Below, in pieces: positions 48,306 through 58,788 of a stretch of DNA of 64,000 bases (the first letter of the stretch is position 1; each line of letters opens with the position of its first letter). Origin of the DNA: Candidatus Acidiferrum sp. (lineage in GTDB: Bacteria > Acidobacteriota > Terriglobia > Acidiferrales > UBA7541); the NCBI GenBank assembly GCA_035314345.1, contig DATFZQ010000068.1, positions 7,765 to 71,764 on the forward strand, read 5' to 3'. The notes under the pieces are model-generated. The model saw only the letters and a list, made by a program, of their open reading frames with translations. It was not told the origin of the DNA and made no database searches. A program made the translations under genes and the position numbers.

Positions 48306-50444
48306 TCACTCCTCTGAGTTCCCTTCCGCTTTGGTTCCTTCCGCTTTCACGACGGGAGCCGTCCGCGCCGGCGGCGTAGCTGGCGTTGAATCGCCTTTTA
48401 CATAGTGCGCATACCAGGCGAGATAGCGCTCGAGGCGGTCCTTGATATGCGACGGCACGGTGAAGCCATGATACTCGCCCGGGTACACGACGAGTTCAGT
48501 AGTCCGGCCTAGCGCCTTCATGGCCTGATACATCTGCTCGCTTCCGAGAATCGGCACGTTCGCATCGATTTCTCCTCCCATGAAAAGCGTCGGCGTCGTG
48601 ATGCTCTTCACACGGTAGAACGGCGAAATTTTGTCCCAAAGTGCCTGATGTTCCCAGGGGTAGCCGAGTTCCGTTTCGTAATCGCGCTGGTAGTGGTCAT
48701 GCCCGTAGAAACTGGTGATCAACGCCACGCCTGCGCCGGAGATGGCGGCTTTGAACTGCGTGCTCTGGGCAATGATGAAGTCGGTCGAAATGCCGCCATA
48801 GGACCAGCCGCCGACGCCGAGCTTATCGGGATCAGCGATGCCTTGGGCGATAGCGTAATCTACCATCGCCATATCGTCTTGAAAATCCTTGTTGCCCCAG
48901 TCCGCATAAATGGCAGCGCAGAATTTCTCGCCGTAGCCGGAAGAACCGCGCGGATTCGGCAGGAGAACGGCGTAACCGTTCGCAGCATAAAGCTGCGCGA
49001 GATGGTAAAAAGATGCTTCATATTCGCCTACCGGACCTCCGTGAGGATTCAGCAGCGAGGGAACCTTTTTCGTCGCGTCGAAATCGAGCGGTTTGTAAAG
49101 ATATCCGGCGACGGCGGTTCCATCTTTGCTTTTGAAGTGAACATATTCCACCTTCGCCAATCGCAATTGAGAAATGAGGGCATCATTGGTCTTGGTCAAA
49201 CGAGCGAGATCGCTGCCGTTCTGAAGAAAAATCTCGTCGGGACGATCCGTTGTCCCGATTTGCGCGGCGATGGCGCCGTCCTTGCCAAGGAAATAGGACG
49301 CCACAGTAACCCGGCCACCGATAACTCGGGTGACGTCGCCGCCGGTAACCGCGATGCGGCAGAGATTTTGCGTGCCATCATCCACCGCGATGAAATAGAT
49401 GGAGTTGCCATCGGCGGAAAAGTGCGGGCGGCGCACACTGCGGTCGAACGTCAACGTGAGCACTTTCGCCTCACCGCCATTCGAAGGAGCGACCGCCAGA
49501 TGCTGCGTGGCGTACCAGAAGAGGTGCGCGTCAATCTGCGCCACATACGTGATCCATTTACCGTCGGGAGACCAAGCTGGTTGGCTGTCAGCGCCGGGAT
49601 TAGTGGTGATCTGCGTGAGATGTGCGCCTTTATCGGTATTGTCTGCCGCAACGACCCAGATATTGGTGTCACGCGACGCGTCAGGATCGGGCATGCTGCG
49701 ATTGCTCGTAAAGGCTAGCTGCTTGCCGTCCGGTGACCAGGCTGGCTGCGAGTCGTCGAACTCGCCGGAAGTGATTTGCGTAACGTTTTTCTTTTCAATG
49801 TTGAAAACGTAGAGATGAGTGCGCCGATTGTCGAGATAACCGACGGTGTCCTCCTTGAACTGAAGGCGATCAATCACATACGGAGGCTGCGTTTTCGGCT
49901 TGGCCGGAGCCGGCTTGTCTTTATCTTTCTCCGCCTCGGCGTCCTCCGGTTTGGGGTCTTGGAGGACCAGGACGAGACGCGTGCTGTCGGGGGACCATTC
50001 AAAATCGCCAACCCCTTGCGCGATGTCGGTAAGGCGAACGGCTTCCCCTCCAAGACGGTTCAAAAGCCAGACCTGACTCTTCCCGTTATTGCGAGAAGAA
50101 GTGAAAGCCAGATATTTGCCGTCAGGACTCCAGCGAGGATGTCCGGAGGAGATACCTTCGGCGGTCATCTGCAGCGGATCGCCACCGTGCGCGGACACCA
50201 TCCAAATGCGCGTTTCGTTTTTGTCTTCCTTGAGCATTTTGGTGCGCACGGTGTACGCCACCCATTGGCCGTCCGGACTGAGCTCGGGCTGACTGACGTC
50301 ACGAATCTGGAAGTAGTCATCAATCGTGATGTTACGGACGGCGGCGGGAGTGCGTGGCTGCTGCGGAGCCGAGTCTGCAGGCCGCGCGCAGAACGAGAGC
50401 GCTAAGACTAATAAAGAAAAGGTGAAGCAACGAACGATTTTCAT
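48306..50444 (-). CDS. S9 family peptidase
   Basis: WSPD repeats, PHGGP, GWSYGG, DANV, YPGEYH. Confidence 0.9.
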   Translation of the reverse strand: MKIVRCFTFSLLVLALSFCARPADSAPQQPRTPAAVRNITIDDYFQIRDVSQPELSPDGQWVAYTVRTKMLKEDKNETRIWMVSAHGGDPLQMTAEGISSGHPRWSPDGKYLAFTSSRNNGKSQVWLLNRLGGEAVRLTDIAQGVGDFEWSPDSTRLVLVLQDPKPEDAEAEKDKDKPAPAKPKTQPPYVIDRLQFKEDTVGYLDNRRTHLYVFNIEKKNVTQITSGEFDDSQPAWSPDGKQLAFTSNRSMPDPDASRDTNIWVVAADNTDKGAHLTQITTNPGADSQPAWSPDGKWITYVAQIDAHLFWYATQHLAVAPSNGGEAKVLTLTFDRSVRRPHFSADGNSIYFIAVDDGTQNLCRIAVTGGDVTRVIGGRVTVASYFLGKDGAIAAQIGTTDRPDEIFLQNGSDLARLTKTNDALISQLRLAKVEYVHFKSKDGTAVAGYLYKPLDFDATKKVPSLLNPHGGPVGEYEASFYHLAQLYAANGYAVLLPNPRGSSGYGEKFCAAIYADWGNKDFQDDMAMVDYAIAQGIADPDKLGVGGWSYGGISTDFIIAQSTQFKAAISGAGVALITSFYGHDHYQRDYETELGYPWEHQALWDKISPFYRVKSITTPTLFMGGEIDANVPILGSEQMYQAMKALGRTTELVVYPGEYHGFTVPSHIKDRLERYLAWYAHYVKGDSTPATPPARTAPVVKAEGTKAEGNSEE

Positions 50445-50551
50445 GCCGACAATTCCTCCAGATGGCATCCATGCATAAACCGCGCGCAGTGTAGCAGAGG
50501 CGCGGTGAATGTAGCAAAATTGAACGCTTTCCAAATGGAGAGGAGGCTGAC

Positions 50552-50845
50552 ATGTACATACACATGTTTGCGTTTCGGTTTAAGGCGGAAGTGACGGAGG
50601 ACCAGAAGGAGCGCGTCGTTACGGAGATACAAAAACTGCAGAGCCAGATTCCTCAGGTGATGGAATCGTGTGTGGGACGGAATGATTCGCCCCGAGGGCA
50701 GGGCTATGAGCTGGGCGGCGTGATGAAGTTTGCGGATAAGGAAGCTTGCGAGGCTTATGGGGCGCATCCGGTGCATCAGAAATTATTGAGCTGGTTGATG
50801 CTTTTGATTGAGCCGATTGAGGTGGATTTTCCGGTGACGAAGTAG
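50552..50845 (+). CDS. Dabb family stress-responsive A/B barrel protein
   Basis: HMFAFRFK..IP..G..F..Y..HPVH..VDF pattern. Confidence 0.85.
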   Translation: MYIHMFAFRFKAEVTEDQKERVVTEIQKLQSQIPQVMESCVGRNDSPRGQGYELGGVMKFADKEACEAYGAHPVHQKLLSWLMLLIEPIEVDFPVTK

Positions 50846-50860
50846 CTGGCGCAGCAGAAC

Positions 50861-50882
50861 GGACCGCCTCGGAAGGCGGTCC
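50861..50882. repeat. REP-like palindrome / terminator between convergent genes
   Basis: GGACCGCCT-CGGA-AGGCGGTCC. Confidence 0.6.
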
Positions 50883-50907
50883 CTAGTCACGTCGACCTAT
50901 TCATAGC

Positions 50908-53400
50908 CTATTCATAGCGCAGGGCGGTTAGCGGGTCGAGTTTGGAGGCGCGGTAAGCTGGCAAAAAGCTGGCGAAGGCTGCTACGGCGGAGAGCACGAC
51001 GACCGCGGCGAGCAGCGCAATCGGATCGCGTGGCTTGAGGCCGTAGAGCAACGATTTAGCGGCTTGGGCAGCGCCTAACGCCAGGCCAGCACCAATCACG
51101 AGGCCTGCGACTGTCAGCATGCCTGCTTCCTGCAAGATCAATCTCAAAACGTCCGCGCGTTCCGCGCCGATGGCCATGCGGATGCCGATTTCCTTGGTGC
51201 GCTGGACGACCATATACGAGATGACCCCGTAGAGTCCGATGGCCGCAAGCAGTGCAGCCAGGAATCCGAAAAAACCCGAAAGAGTTGCCATCAGTTGATC
51301 TTGCAGTAGAGAGTCGTGGATGCGCGTTTTGAAGATTTTGAAGTCAAGGTCAATGCCGGGATTCACATCGCCGATAGTTTGCTTCATCGAGGCCATGAGG
51401 CTGGCCAAGGGCAAGGACGAGCGAATCAGGATTTGATCGTCCGGGCTGGGCTTTTCCTGCTGCGTCGCCGGAAAATACATGAATGGCAAGAATTCTTCGT
51501 GCATGTCCTGGAACTTGTTGTCCTTCGTCAGTCCCACAATCTCATAGAGAGGGCGCGGTTTTCCTGGCGGTTCGTGGATACGAAACCTTTTGCCGAGCGG
51601 ATCGGCGCCCTTTAGAATTTTTTGCACAAAGGCCTGGTTGACGATGGCCACCTTCACCGAAGTCGCTGTATCGCGATCATCGAAATCGCGCCCAGCGAGG
51701 AGTTGGGTTCCGATAGTCGAGAAATAGCCTGGGCCGAGGTAATTCATCCACGCCGAACCTGCGTCCGCCTCTGAGCCTTCGTTGAGGACTTCGTCATTCC
51801 AGGTGCTGCCGCCGAACGGCACGAGCATAGCATCAGCAGCAGACTCGACGCCGGGCATGGCCTGGACGTGCTTCACTAATTCGCGTTTGTATTCCGCGTA
51901 GCGCTCCTCGGGAAGGTGCAGACGGTCGAAATCGACTGTGGTGACCAGGATTCCGGTTTGCAGAAAGCCGACGTTGAGCGTGGTCAAGTTGCGCAAGCTT
52001 CTGACAAAAAGCAACGCACCCATCAAGAGCACTACCGAAAGCGCGACTTGAGAAACGACCAGGATGCGGCGAAGGCTGAAGCGTTCGCGGCCACCGGTTG
52101 ACCCGCGGCTGCCGGACTGCAGCAAGGTAGCGGGTTCTGCGCGAGTGGCGCGAATTGCAGGGGCGAGTCCGAAGGAGACCGTTGTCAGGACCGCGAGAGC
52201 GGTAGTGAAAGCCAGAACTCGCCAATCCATTCCGAGGTCGAGGGAGATTTGATTCTGCTGCGTGCTGATAAACCCCACCAGCATGTGACTTACAGCGAAG
52301 GCTAGGAACAGTCCGCAGACCGAACCGGCAAGGGCCAGTAGGATGCTTTCTGAAAGAAGCTCGCGAATCATTCTCCAGCGCGACGCTCCGAGCGCGCGGC
52401 GGATGGTGATCTGTCGTTCACGAGCGCCAGCGCGGGCGAGCATCAAGTTGGCCAGGTTGGCGCAAGCGATGAGCAAGACAAGCCCGGAAATTCCGAGGAG
52501 CAGCCAGAGTGGAGTTTCCGAATCCTCGCGTAGGCCGGAGAAGCCCGTGCTCGCCGAAAAAGCGCCGAGTTTGTACTCCAGATATTTCTTTGTGGCCTCG
52601 GAGTCGTACGTGGTAGGAATCGTCTCCTGCAGAATAGCAGGCGTGACAGCGTTTATTTGCGCATTGGCTCGTTGAATGGTCCATCCCGGTTTCAAACAGC
52701 CAATAGAGGCCAGCCACCAAGCGTGACGCAAAGTCAGCCGATTGTTGCGTGGACTGAGAATCGGCTCGACGCAAACCGGTATAGCGACATCGAAAGTATC
52801 GCCTACGGAGATGCCAATGAAACCTGGCGATGTTACGCCGAGAATCAGGAAGGAATTGCCGTCGAGTGTGAGGCGTTTGCCGATCACGGAGGGATCCCCG
52901 GCATAGTTCCGCTGCCAGAAGGCGTAACTAATGTTGGCGGCAGTCGTGCTGCAGCCGGGCTTGTCATCTTCGGGATTGATGAGACGCCCGAGAATGGGTT
53001 GGACACCGAGGACGTGAAAGAATTCGCCACTGACGCGCAGGCCTTTGGCGTAGTGGACTTCCCCACCGTTTGCCAGATTAAATTCCTGGCCAGTCCAAAC
53101 TGCTATTTCGGAAAAGCCTTCCTGGCGTTTTTGAATCTGCTCCCACATGGGAAACGTGAGCTGCGAATATTGGCCTGAAAATTGGCCGGAACCCCAGTGG
53201 CGGTCGGCGATGCGGATAGTGCCCAGCTGTTCAGGATTCTTGACCGGGATGGCACGGAGGCGAATGGAATCAATTAGTTGGAAGATGGCGGCGTTTGCAC
53301 CAATGCCAAGGGCGAGGGTGAGAACGGCAACGATTGTGAAGCCGGGACTTAGTCGAAGAAGTCGAAAGGCGTGGCGAAGATCGCGCAAGAGATTGGTCAT
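50908..53400 (-). CDS. ADOP-type duplicated ABC permease (MacB/FtsX x2)
   Basis: SPGFTIVAVLTLALGIGANAAIF, LLIACANLANL, EIGIRMAIGA, DPLTALRYE. Confidence 0.92.
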   Translation of the reverse strand: MTNLLRDLRHAFRLLRLSPGFTIVAVLTLALGIGANAAIFQLIDSIRLRAIPVKNPEQLGTIRIADRHWGSGQFSGQYSQLTFPMWEQIQKRQEGFSEIAVWTGQEFNLANGGEVHYAKGLRVSGEFFHVLGVQPILGRLINPEDDKPGCSTTAANISYAFWQRNYAGDPSVIGKRLTLDGNSFLILGVTSPGFIGISVGDTFDVAIPVCVEPILSPRNNRLTLRHAWWLASIGCLKPGWTIQRANAQINAVTPAILQETIPTTYDSEATKKYLEYKLGAFSASTGFSGLREDSETPLWLLLGISGLVLLIACANLANLMLARAGARERQITIRRALGASRWRMIRELLSESILLALAGSVCGLFLAFAVSHMLVGFISTQQNQISLDLGMDWRVLAFTTALAVLTTVSFGLAPAIRATRAEPATLLQSGSRGSTGGRERFSLRRILVVSQVALSVVLLMGALLFVRSLRNLTTLNVGFLQTGILVTTVDFDRLHLPEERYAEYKRELVKHVQAMPGVESAADAMLVPFGGSTWNDEVLNEGSEADAGSAWMNYLGPGYFSTIGTQLLAGRDFDDRDTATSVKVAIVNQAFVQKILKGADPLGKRFRIHEPPGKPRPLYEIVGLTKDNKFQDMHEEFLPFMYFPATQQEKPSPDDQILIRSSLPLASLMASMKQTIGDVNPGIDLDFKIFKTRIHDSLLQDQLMATLSGFFGFLAALLAAIGLYGVISYMVVQRTKEIGIRMAIGAERADVLRLILQEAGMLTVAGLVIGAGLALGAAQAAKSLLYGLKPRDPIALLAAVVVLSAVAAFASFLPAYRASKLDPLTALRYE

Positions 53401-53482
53401 CGTGAAGCCTCGGGAGTATCAGACGAAGGAAAGCACTAAAGGTTCCGTAGAAAGAGAGGCAGTCAGCGGTTGGAGGCGGGTG

Positions 53483-53504
53483 GGGGCAGACTAAAGTCTG
53501 CCCC
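53483..53504. repeat. REP-like palindrome
   Basis: GGGGCAGACT-AA-AGTCTGCCCC. Confidence 0.65.
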
Positions 53505-53551
53505 GACTGAGAGTTAGGACAAGATCGCTGGCAAATGGCGCCAGCGGTGAA

Positions 53552-55153
53552 TCACGGAAACTGGCGGGCCGGCTGCGCCTTGGGCAGCGGCTTGCGGGGT
53601 AGCATTTCGTCGCGGTTGGCGGTTAGGTAGACAAAGGAGGCGACGATTACAGCCATTTGCTTCATGTCGGGCTCCTGGATGCGTTCGTAGACGTCCATGT
53701 TCGAGTGGTGCGTGCGCGTGTCGTAATCCATCGGATCCTGGATGAACTGGAAGCCGGGGAGGCCGACGGCGTCGTAGGAAAGGTGATCCGTGCCGCCGGT
53801 GTTGCGGATGGTTAGGGTGGTCATGCCAAGATCGTGGAAGGGGACCATCCACGCGTTGAAGATCGGCGCAACCATTTCGTTTCCTTGAAGATAGACGCCG
53901 CGAATTTTGCCAGTGCCATTATCGATGTTGTAGTAGGCGTCGAGCTTGGCATGTTCGGGAGTCACCTTCATAAGTTTTGTGGCGGGATCTTCGACTTCGC
54001 GATCACCGAAGCGCTGCTTGATGTAGGCACGAGACCCGAGGAGGCCTTGCTCTTCCCCGGTCCAGAGACCGATGCGGACGGTGCGCCGCATCTTAACGCC
54101 GGTGGCTTTGAGGATGCGTATTGCTTCCAGCATGACCGCGGAGCCGGCGCCGTTGTCGGTGGCACCTGTGCCGGACTGCCAGGAGTCGAAGTGGCCGCCG
54201 AGCATGACAATTTCGTCGGCTTTGGCTTTATCGGAGCCGGGTATTTCGCCGATGATGTTGAAAGAATTCAGGTCGTCGTCGTAGAACTTGTTTTGAATGT
54301 CGACGAGCATCGTGACGGGAACCTTTTTCTCTAGCATGCGAACGATACGGCCGTAGTTTTCGCTGGCGACTGCTATGCGGCACGGTGCCGGAGGATCTTT
54401 TTCTTTGTCGCGGCCGCCGCCTTGTTGAACGAAGACAGTGCCATCATCGCTGCGGGAAGGCTCGATCCAAGCGGCGACGCCTTCATCGACTAGAAACTTC
54501 TGAACTTTAAGCTGGAATTCGCGCGTGGCGCGGAATTGGGCGATACGGTCTTCCTGGCCTGCCTGGGCGGCGGGTACTGGCTGCGTTGCCAAATCGGCGA
54601 GCTCGGCGTCGGTGTAACGGTGGGCTTGCGGCTCGAAGCGTTCGGGATTCTCAGGGATTGCGGCGGTAAGAACGAACTTGCCCTTGAGCTGGCCCTTGAA
54701 CTTGGCAAAGTCTTCTTCTTTCGTGATAAGCGCAAAGTCGGCGTCGGCGGTAACGGGACCGTTGGTGCCGGGCGTCCAAGCCTTGGCGTAGGCGATAAGT
54801 GGAAACGGATGCGGGGCGATGACCTGAACATTGGTACGCTCGTTGGACCAGCCGCGCCCGAAGGGTCCCCACTGTTCGAGATGGACGTTTGCGAGCTTCC
54901 ACTCGTTCATTGTGTCCGTGGTCCACTTGGCGGCTTCCTTGATGTTCGGAGAATTGGTGAGACGCGGGCCGTGGACATCGCTCAAGTAGCTGATGATTTC
55001 CATGACCTTGGAAGTTGTAGCGCCAAAGCCTTCTTCCCTGATTTGATGAATCGCCGCCAGATCGGCCTGGCTAATGGCTGGGGCCTGCGCTCCGATAGGG
55101 ACAACCGCCAGGACTAAAGCAAGAACTGCCACCACACTCGCATGCTTACGCAC
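53552..55153 (-). CDS. M28 family peptidase (carboxypeptidase Q-like)
   Basis: GGHFDSW, ATDNGAG, GEEQGLLGS, NIDNG, TDH, THHSNMD. Confidence 0.9.
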   Translation of the reverse strand: MRKHASVVAVLALVLAVVPIGAQAPAISQADLAAIHQIREEGFGATTSKVMEIISYLSDVHGPRLTNSPNIKEAAKWTTDTMNEWKLANVHLEQWGPFGRGWSNERTNVQVIAPHPFPLIAYAKAWTPGTNGPVTADADFALITKEEDFAKFKGQLKGKFVLTAAIPENPERFEPQAHRYTDAELADLATQPVPAAQAGQEDRIAQFRATREFQLKVQKFLVDEGVAAWIEPSRSDDGTVFVQQGGGRDKEKDPPAPCRIAVASENYGRIVRMLEKKVPVTMLVDIQNKFYDDDLNSFNIIGEIPGSDKAKADEIVMLGGHFDSWQSGTGATDNGAGSAVMLEAIRILKATGVKMRRTVRIGLWTGEEQGLLGSRAYIKQRFGDREVEDPATKLMKVTPEHAKLDAYYNIDNGTGKIRGVYLQGNEMVAPIFNAWMVPFHDLGMTTLTIRNTGGTDHLSYDAVGLPGFQFIQDPMDYDTRTHHSNMDVYERIQEPDMKQMAVIVASFVYLTANRDEMLPRKPLPKAQPARQFP

Positions 55154-55334
55154 AATCTTCCTCCGTTTTGGGTTTCGCCTGTCTGATTCTCAATGGAGCC
55201 GCAACAGGGACCGCGTGCACCAGTGTGACGGCACCGGCTTAGAATGCGTTTCAAAGAGTTCAGTAATCCGCGCCAGCCTAACCGTGCCCCAAGTTGTTAG
55301 CCATGTGTGAGAAGGGGTGCGGAGAAAGTTCGCA

Positions 55335-57044
55335 TTAAATCTCATTCTTGCGGAAACGCTCAATCATATGATCGCATGCGCGGACGGTGACGGCCATCAT
55401 GCTAAGCGTCGGATTCTGGCAGGCCGAGGACACGAAGCTCGCTCCGTCCATCACGAAAAGGTTCTTCACATCGTGCGCTTGATTGAACGCATTGAGGACA
55501 GACTTCTTTGGATCATTTCCCATGCGCGCTGTGCCAAGTTCGTGTATGGCCATTCCGGGCATTTCGACGTTGGCTTGCATGCGGATATCTTTCGCGCCAG
55601 CCGCTTCCAGCATTTCGGCCGCCGAGGCGCCGGCATCCTGCATTAGCGCGGCTTCGTTGTCGCCGTGTGACATGTTGATGTGCAACGCAGGAATGCCCCA
55701 GGCATCTTTTAGATCCTTATCGATCTCGATGTAATTGTCCCACCGGGCCAGGGATTCGCCGAAAGCTCCGAGTGAAATGGAGTACTCGCCTTCTTTCACG
55801 GCCCTCTTGAGCGTCGTTCCGTAACCTTCGACGTTGAAGTTGAATCCCGCCTCAGCTCCGCCCTGGTAACCGTACCCGCGAATGAACTGCGAATGTTTCT
55901 TGCTCGAGGGAGTGTTCCGGAAGCGCGGGATGTAAATTCCGTTGGGCCGTGCCGGTTCGTTCGCATTAGGCAGAGGATTGAGGTTTGGCAGGCGGCCCGA
56001 AGCTCCTGCTCCAACCACGTGATCCATCAAATAATGACCTAGCGCTCCGCTGGAATTAGCAAGTCCATTGGGATATTCGCGCGTGGACGAGTTGAGCAAG
56101 ATGCGCGTGGATTCCAGTGCTTGCGCGCAGAGGATCACCGATTTTCCGCGGACTTCCTTCACCTGGCGCGTCAAGCGATCCACGTAGGTCACTCCACGTG
56201 CTTTGTTTGGCTCGGCGGACATGTCCACGTGGCTCACCACGGCGTTTGTGATGAGCGTGCAGTTGCCGGAAGCAATAGCGTCCTTGACTGTCGTAAACGG
56301 GCTGCTGAAATACGAAAACGTGCTGCATCCGCGTTCGCACGGTCCGCAATAGTGGCATTGGAGGCGGCCATTATGATTTTGCGTGAGGATCGCCGTGCGT
56401 CCGATCGTGACGGTGTGCCCAAACTTCGCTTTGACGCGTTCTCTGAGCTGAATTTCTCCACAGCTCATTTTCATTGGCGGCAGAAATTGCCCGTCAGGCA
56501 GCATCTCATTCCCTTCCGCCGCCCCGCTAATGCCTACGTACTTCTCCACGATGTCGTAATACGGCGAAAGCTCGGCATAGCTAATCGGCCAGTCGTCGCC
56601 ATACTCGTCGCGGCTCGCTGCTTTAAAATCGTTATCGCTCATGCGATAGCTCTGACGGCCCCAGACCAGCGATCGCCCGCCAAGTATGCGCAAGCGTTGC
56701 CAAGTAAACGGCTTACCCGGTGGGGTGCTGTACGGATTCTCGAGGTCGTTCACGAACCACTCATAGTTGTATTCCATGCATGCGTAGCACTGCTTTTGGA
56801 CGGGCCTCGTGCGCACGATTTCGGGCGAGTGATCGCGATATTTCAACTTATACGCAGGCATGTGCTCGGTAAATTCTTTCGGACTCACCGCGCGCCCCGC
56901 CTCGAGTAAGGCCACTTTCAATCCTGCTTCGGCACATTGCTTCGCGGCCCAACCGCCGGTAGCGCCTGAGCCCACAACGATTACGTCATACGTTTGCAGC
57001 AGCGGGTCTTGCGCCATGCCAGTCCGGTTATTAATCCCGATCAC
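55335..57044 (-). CDS. GMC oxidoreductase (glycoside 3-dehydrogenase-type flavoprotein)
   Basis: VGSGATGG, CHYCGPCERGC Fe-S motif, IHELGTARMG, CQNPT; GTG overlaps upstream stop (alternative ATG 57017). Confidence 0.88.
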   Translation of the reverse strand: MIGINNRTGMAQDPLLQTYDVIVVGSGATGGWAAKQCAEAGLKVALLEAGRAVSPKEFTEHMPAYKLKYRDHSPEIVRTRPVQKQCYACMEYNYEWFVNDLENPYSTPPGKPFTWQRLRILGGRSLVWGRQSYRMSDNDFKAASRDEYGDDWPISYAELSPYYDIVEKYVGISGAAEGNEMLPDGQFLPPMKMSCGEIQLRERVKAKFGHTVTIGRTAILTQNHNGRLQCHYCGPCERGCSTFSYFSSPFTTVKDAIASGNCTLITNAVVSHVDMSAEPNKARGVTYVDRLTRQVKEVRGKSVILCAQALESTRILLNSSTREYPNGLANSSGALGHYLMDHVVGAGASGRLPNLNPLPNANEPARPNGIYIPRFRNTPSSKKHSQFIRGYGYQGGAEAGFNFNVEGYGTTLKRAVKEGEYSISLGAFGESLARWDNYIEIDKDLKDAWGIPALHINMSHGDNEAALMQDAGASAAEMLEAAGAKDIRMQANVEMPGMAIHELGTARMGNDPKKSVLNAFNQAHDVKNLFVMDGASFVSSACQNPTLSMMAVTVRACDHMIERFRKNEI

Positions 57045-57676
57045 TTATGATCCCCCTCTGGATGTTCACACCCTTGATAGGGGCCGTGCGCAAACGCACC
57101 GTCCCACCCCAATTCCTTCTCTCCAATCTGCGAACTGTAGTACGACATCATGATGCGGCCCTTCAGAGCTTCAAAATGACCGTGCCCCGGATCGGCCACG
57201 GCACTCGTATCGCCCGTCCAGCTGCTCCCAAAGCGGGGATATGCCAGCGCGTGCAATAAAAGATCCTGGTCATCTCGCGACAGATAGCGAAACGCCGCTT
57301 TAAATCGCTTAATGCTTTCACTATCCAGATATCCTAGCGAGTTCAAAAAGGCTTGTTGCGTCTCACGCGTCTCGGCAGCCAGCACAAGGTCAATATAGCG
57401 ATTCACCAGCGCTTCCTTGGCGCCTGGAGTGTCCGTCGCCGGAATAATCAAGTCGCTAAGAATGATGAGCGTTTCGTTCTGGTGCTCATCCAAAAAAAGC
57501 GGCTTCCATCCGGGCCCCTCAAATTCTTTCGAGGCGTCCACACCGCTCTGCGCTGGCGTCAATTCGGATGGCTGCGCGGCGCCCTGCGCCGCACTTTGAG
57601 CATTAGCAAGCGCGGGGCGCAACGCTGCCGCCGCACCGGCAAGAACACTCGCTCGTAACATTTCGCGTCGTTTCAT
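57041..57676 (-). CDS. Gluconate 2-dehydrogenase subunit 3 family (Tat hitchhiker subunit)
   Basis: MKRREML Tat motif, IIPATDTPGA, YYSSQIG. Confidence 0.85.
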   Translation of the reverse strand: MKRREMLRASVLAGAAAALRPALANAQSAAQGAAQPSELTPAQSGVDASKEFEGPGWKPLFLDEHQNETLIILSDLIIPATDTPGAKEALVNRYIDLVLAAETRETQQAFLNSLGYLDSESIKRFKAAFRYLSRDDQDLLLHALAYPRFGSSWTGDTSAVADPGHGHFEALKGRIMMSYYSSQIGEKELGWDGAFAHGPYQGCEHPEGDHK

Positions 57677-57711
57677 GAAAACTCCTCGCGTGCCTGTCCG
57701 TCTACAGCAGC

Positions 57712-58635
57712 CTACGCCATCGCGTGCAAATAATCATAATCGATCTTGATCGCTTCCATGGCGGGCGTCGTGGTAAACGGCGGCTCTTGTTCGACGTAAT
57801 ACAGCTCCACCTCGGTTTTTTTCGCCGCGGCGAAAATCGGCACGTAATCAATATGGCCGCGCCCCAACTCCGCCGGCTTCGGACGCACACTTTCATCGAG
57901 TCCCACGGAGGGGCTGACGGTAGGGTGAAAATCCTTAATGTGCAACAGCCTGTAGCGCTTTGGATATTTCGTGAGGTAGACCACGGGATCGTGCCCAGCC
58001 GCAACCATCCAGCCGCAGTCCAGTTCAAATTTTACGAGCGACGGATCCGTTTCGCGCAATATCACGTCGTAGCCAACTTCGCCGCCGTCCAGCGGTTTAA
58101 ACTCAAAGTTGTGGTTGTGATATCCGAACTGCATGCCAGCTTTCTTTGCCTGTTCGCCCATTTCGTTGCAGCGCGCCGCAATTTTCTTGAAGTCGTCCAA
58201 TGTCAACGCGGCCAACTGCGCCATGAATGCTTTCGCGTCAAATTTGCCCGGTTCAGGAACTTTTGGAAGTGTCACGGACGAGATCACATACTTCGCGCCA
58301 ATTTCCCTCGCATAGGGCAGTGCCTCCTCCATTCCGCCGAAACCCATGTGCAATGACTGGCATCGCAAACCGGCATCTTGCAATGACTTCTTGACGTCGG
58401 CGGCCTTGCGCTTTGGCGAAACGCCCGTCTCGACTTCCTTGTAACCAATCGCCGCGATCTGCCGCAGCGTCCCGTCATAGTCCTTGTCCAGCTCGGCGCC
58501 CACAGTGTAGAGCTCCAACCCGATAGGCTTGCCCAATGGATTCGCAAACAGGGGCGATGGTCTCCCAAACCCGAATGCGGTGGCCAACAGCGCCCCGCTT
58601 CCGCCTACTAGAAGTTCTCGCCTCGAAGGTTTCAC
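57712..58635 (-). CDS. Tat-exported sugar phosphate isomerase/epimerase (AP_endonuc_2)
   Basis: SRRELL, GYHNHNFEF, ELDCGW, LHIKD, VEQE; GAGGAGG SD before GTG. Confidence 0.85.
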   Translation of the reverse strand: MKPSRRELLVGGSGALLATAFGFGRPSPLFANPLGKPIGLELYTVGAELDKDYDGTLRQIAAIGYKEVETGVSPKRKAADVKKSLQDAGLRCQSLHMGFGGMEEALPYAREIGAKYVISSVTLPKVPEPGKFDAKAFMAQLAALTLDDFKKIAARCNEMGEQAKKAGMQFGYHNHNFEFKPLDGGEVGYDVILRETDPSLVKFELDCGWMVAAGHDPVVYLTKYPKRYRLLHIKDFHPTVSPSVGLDESVRPKPAELGRGHIDYVPIFAAAKKTEVELYYVEQEPPFTTTPAMEAIKIDYDYLHAMA

Positions 58636-58788
58636 GATAGCCTCCTCTGTTCCATCCAGTTGTGCCAACTTCAGCCGTGCCGCTTCCAAGCCAGCTTTAA
58701 GGCGCGCAGATTGTATACGACTTTTCACACTTCCGCCGTTTCCTGTTTGAACTGGATACTCCCCACCCCACCGTGTTTGTTGTAAGAG

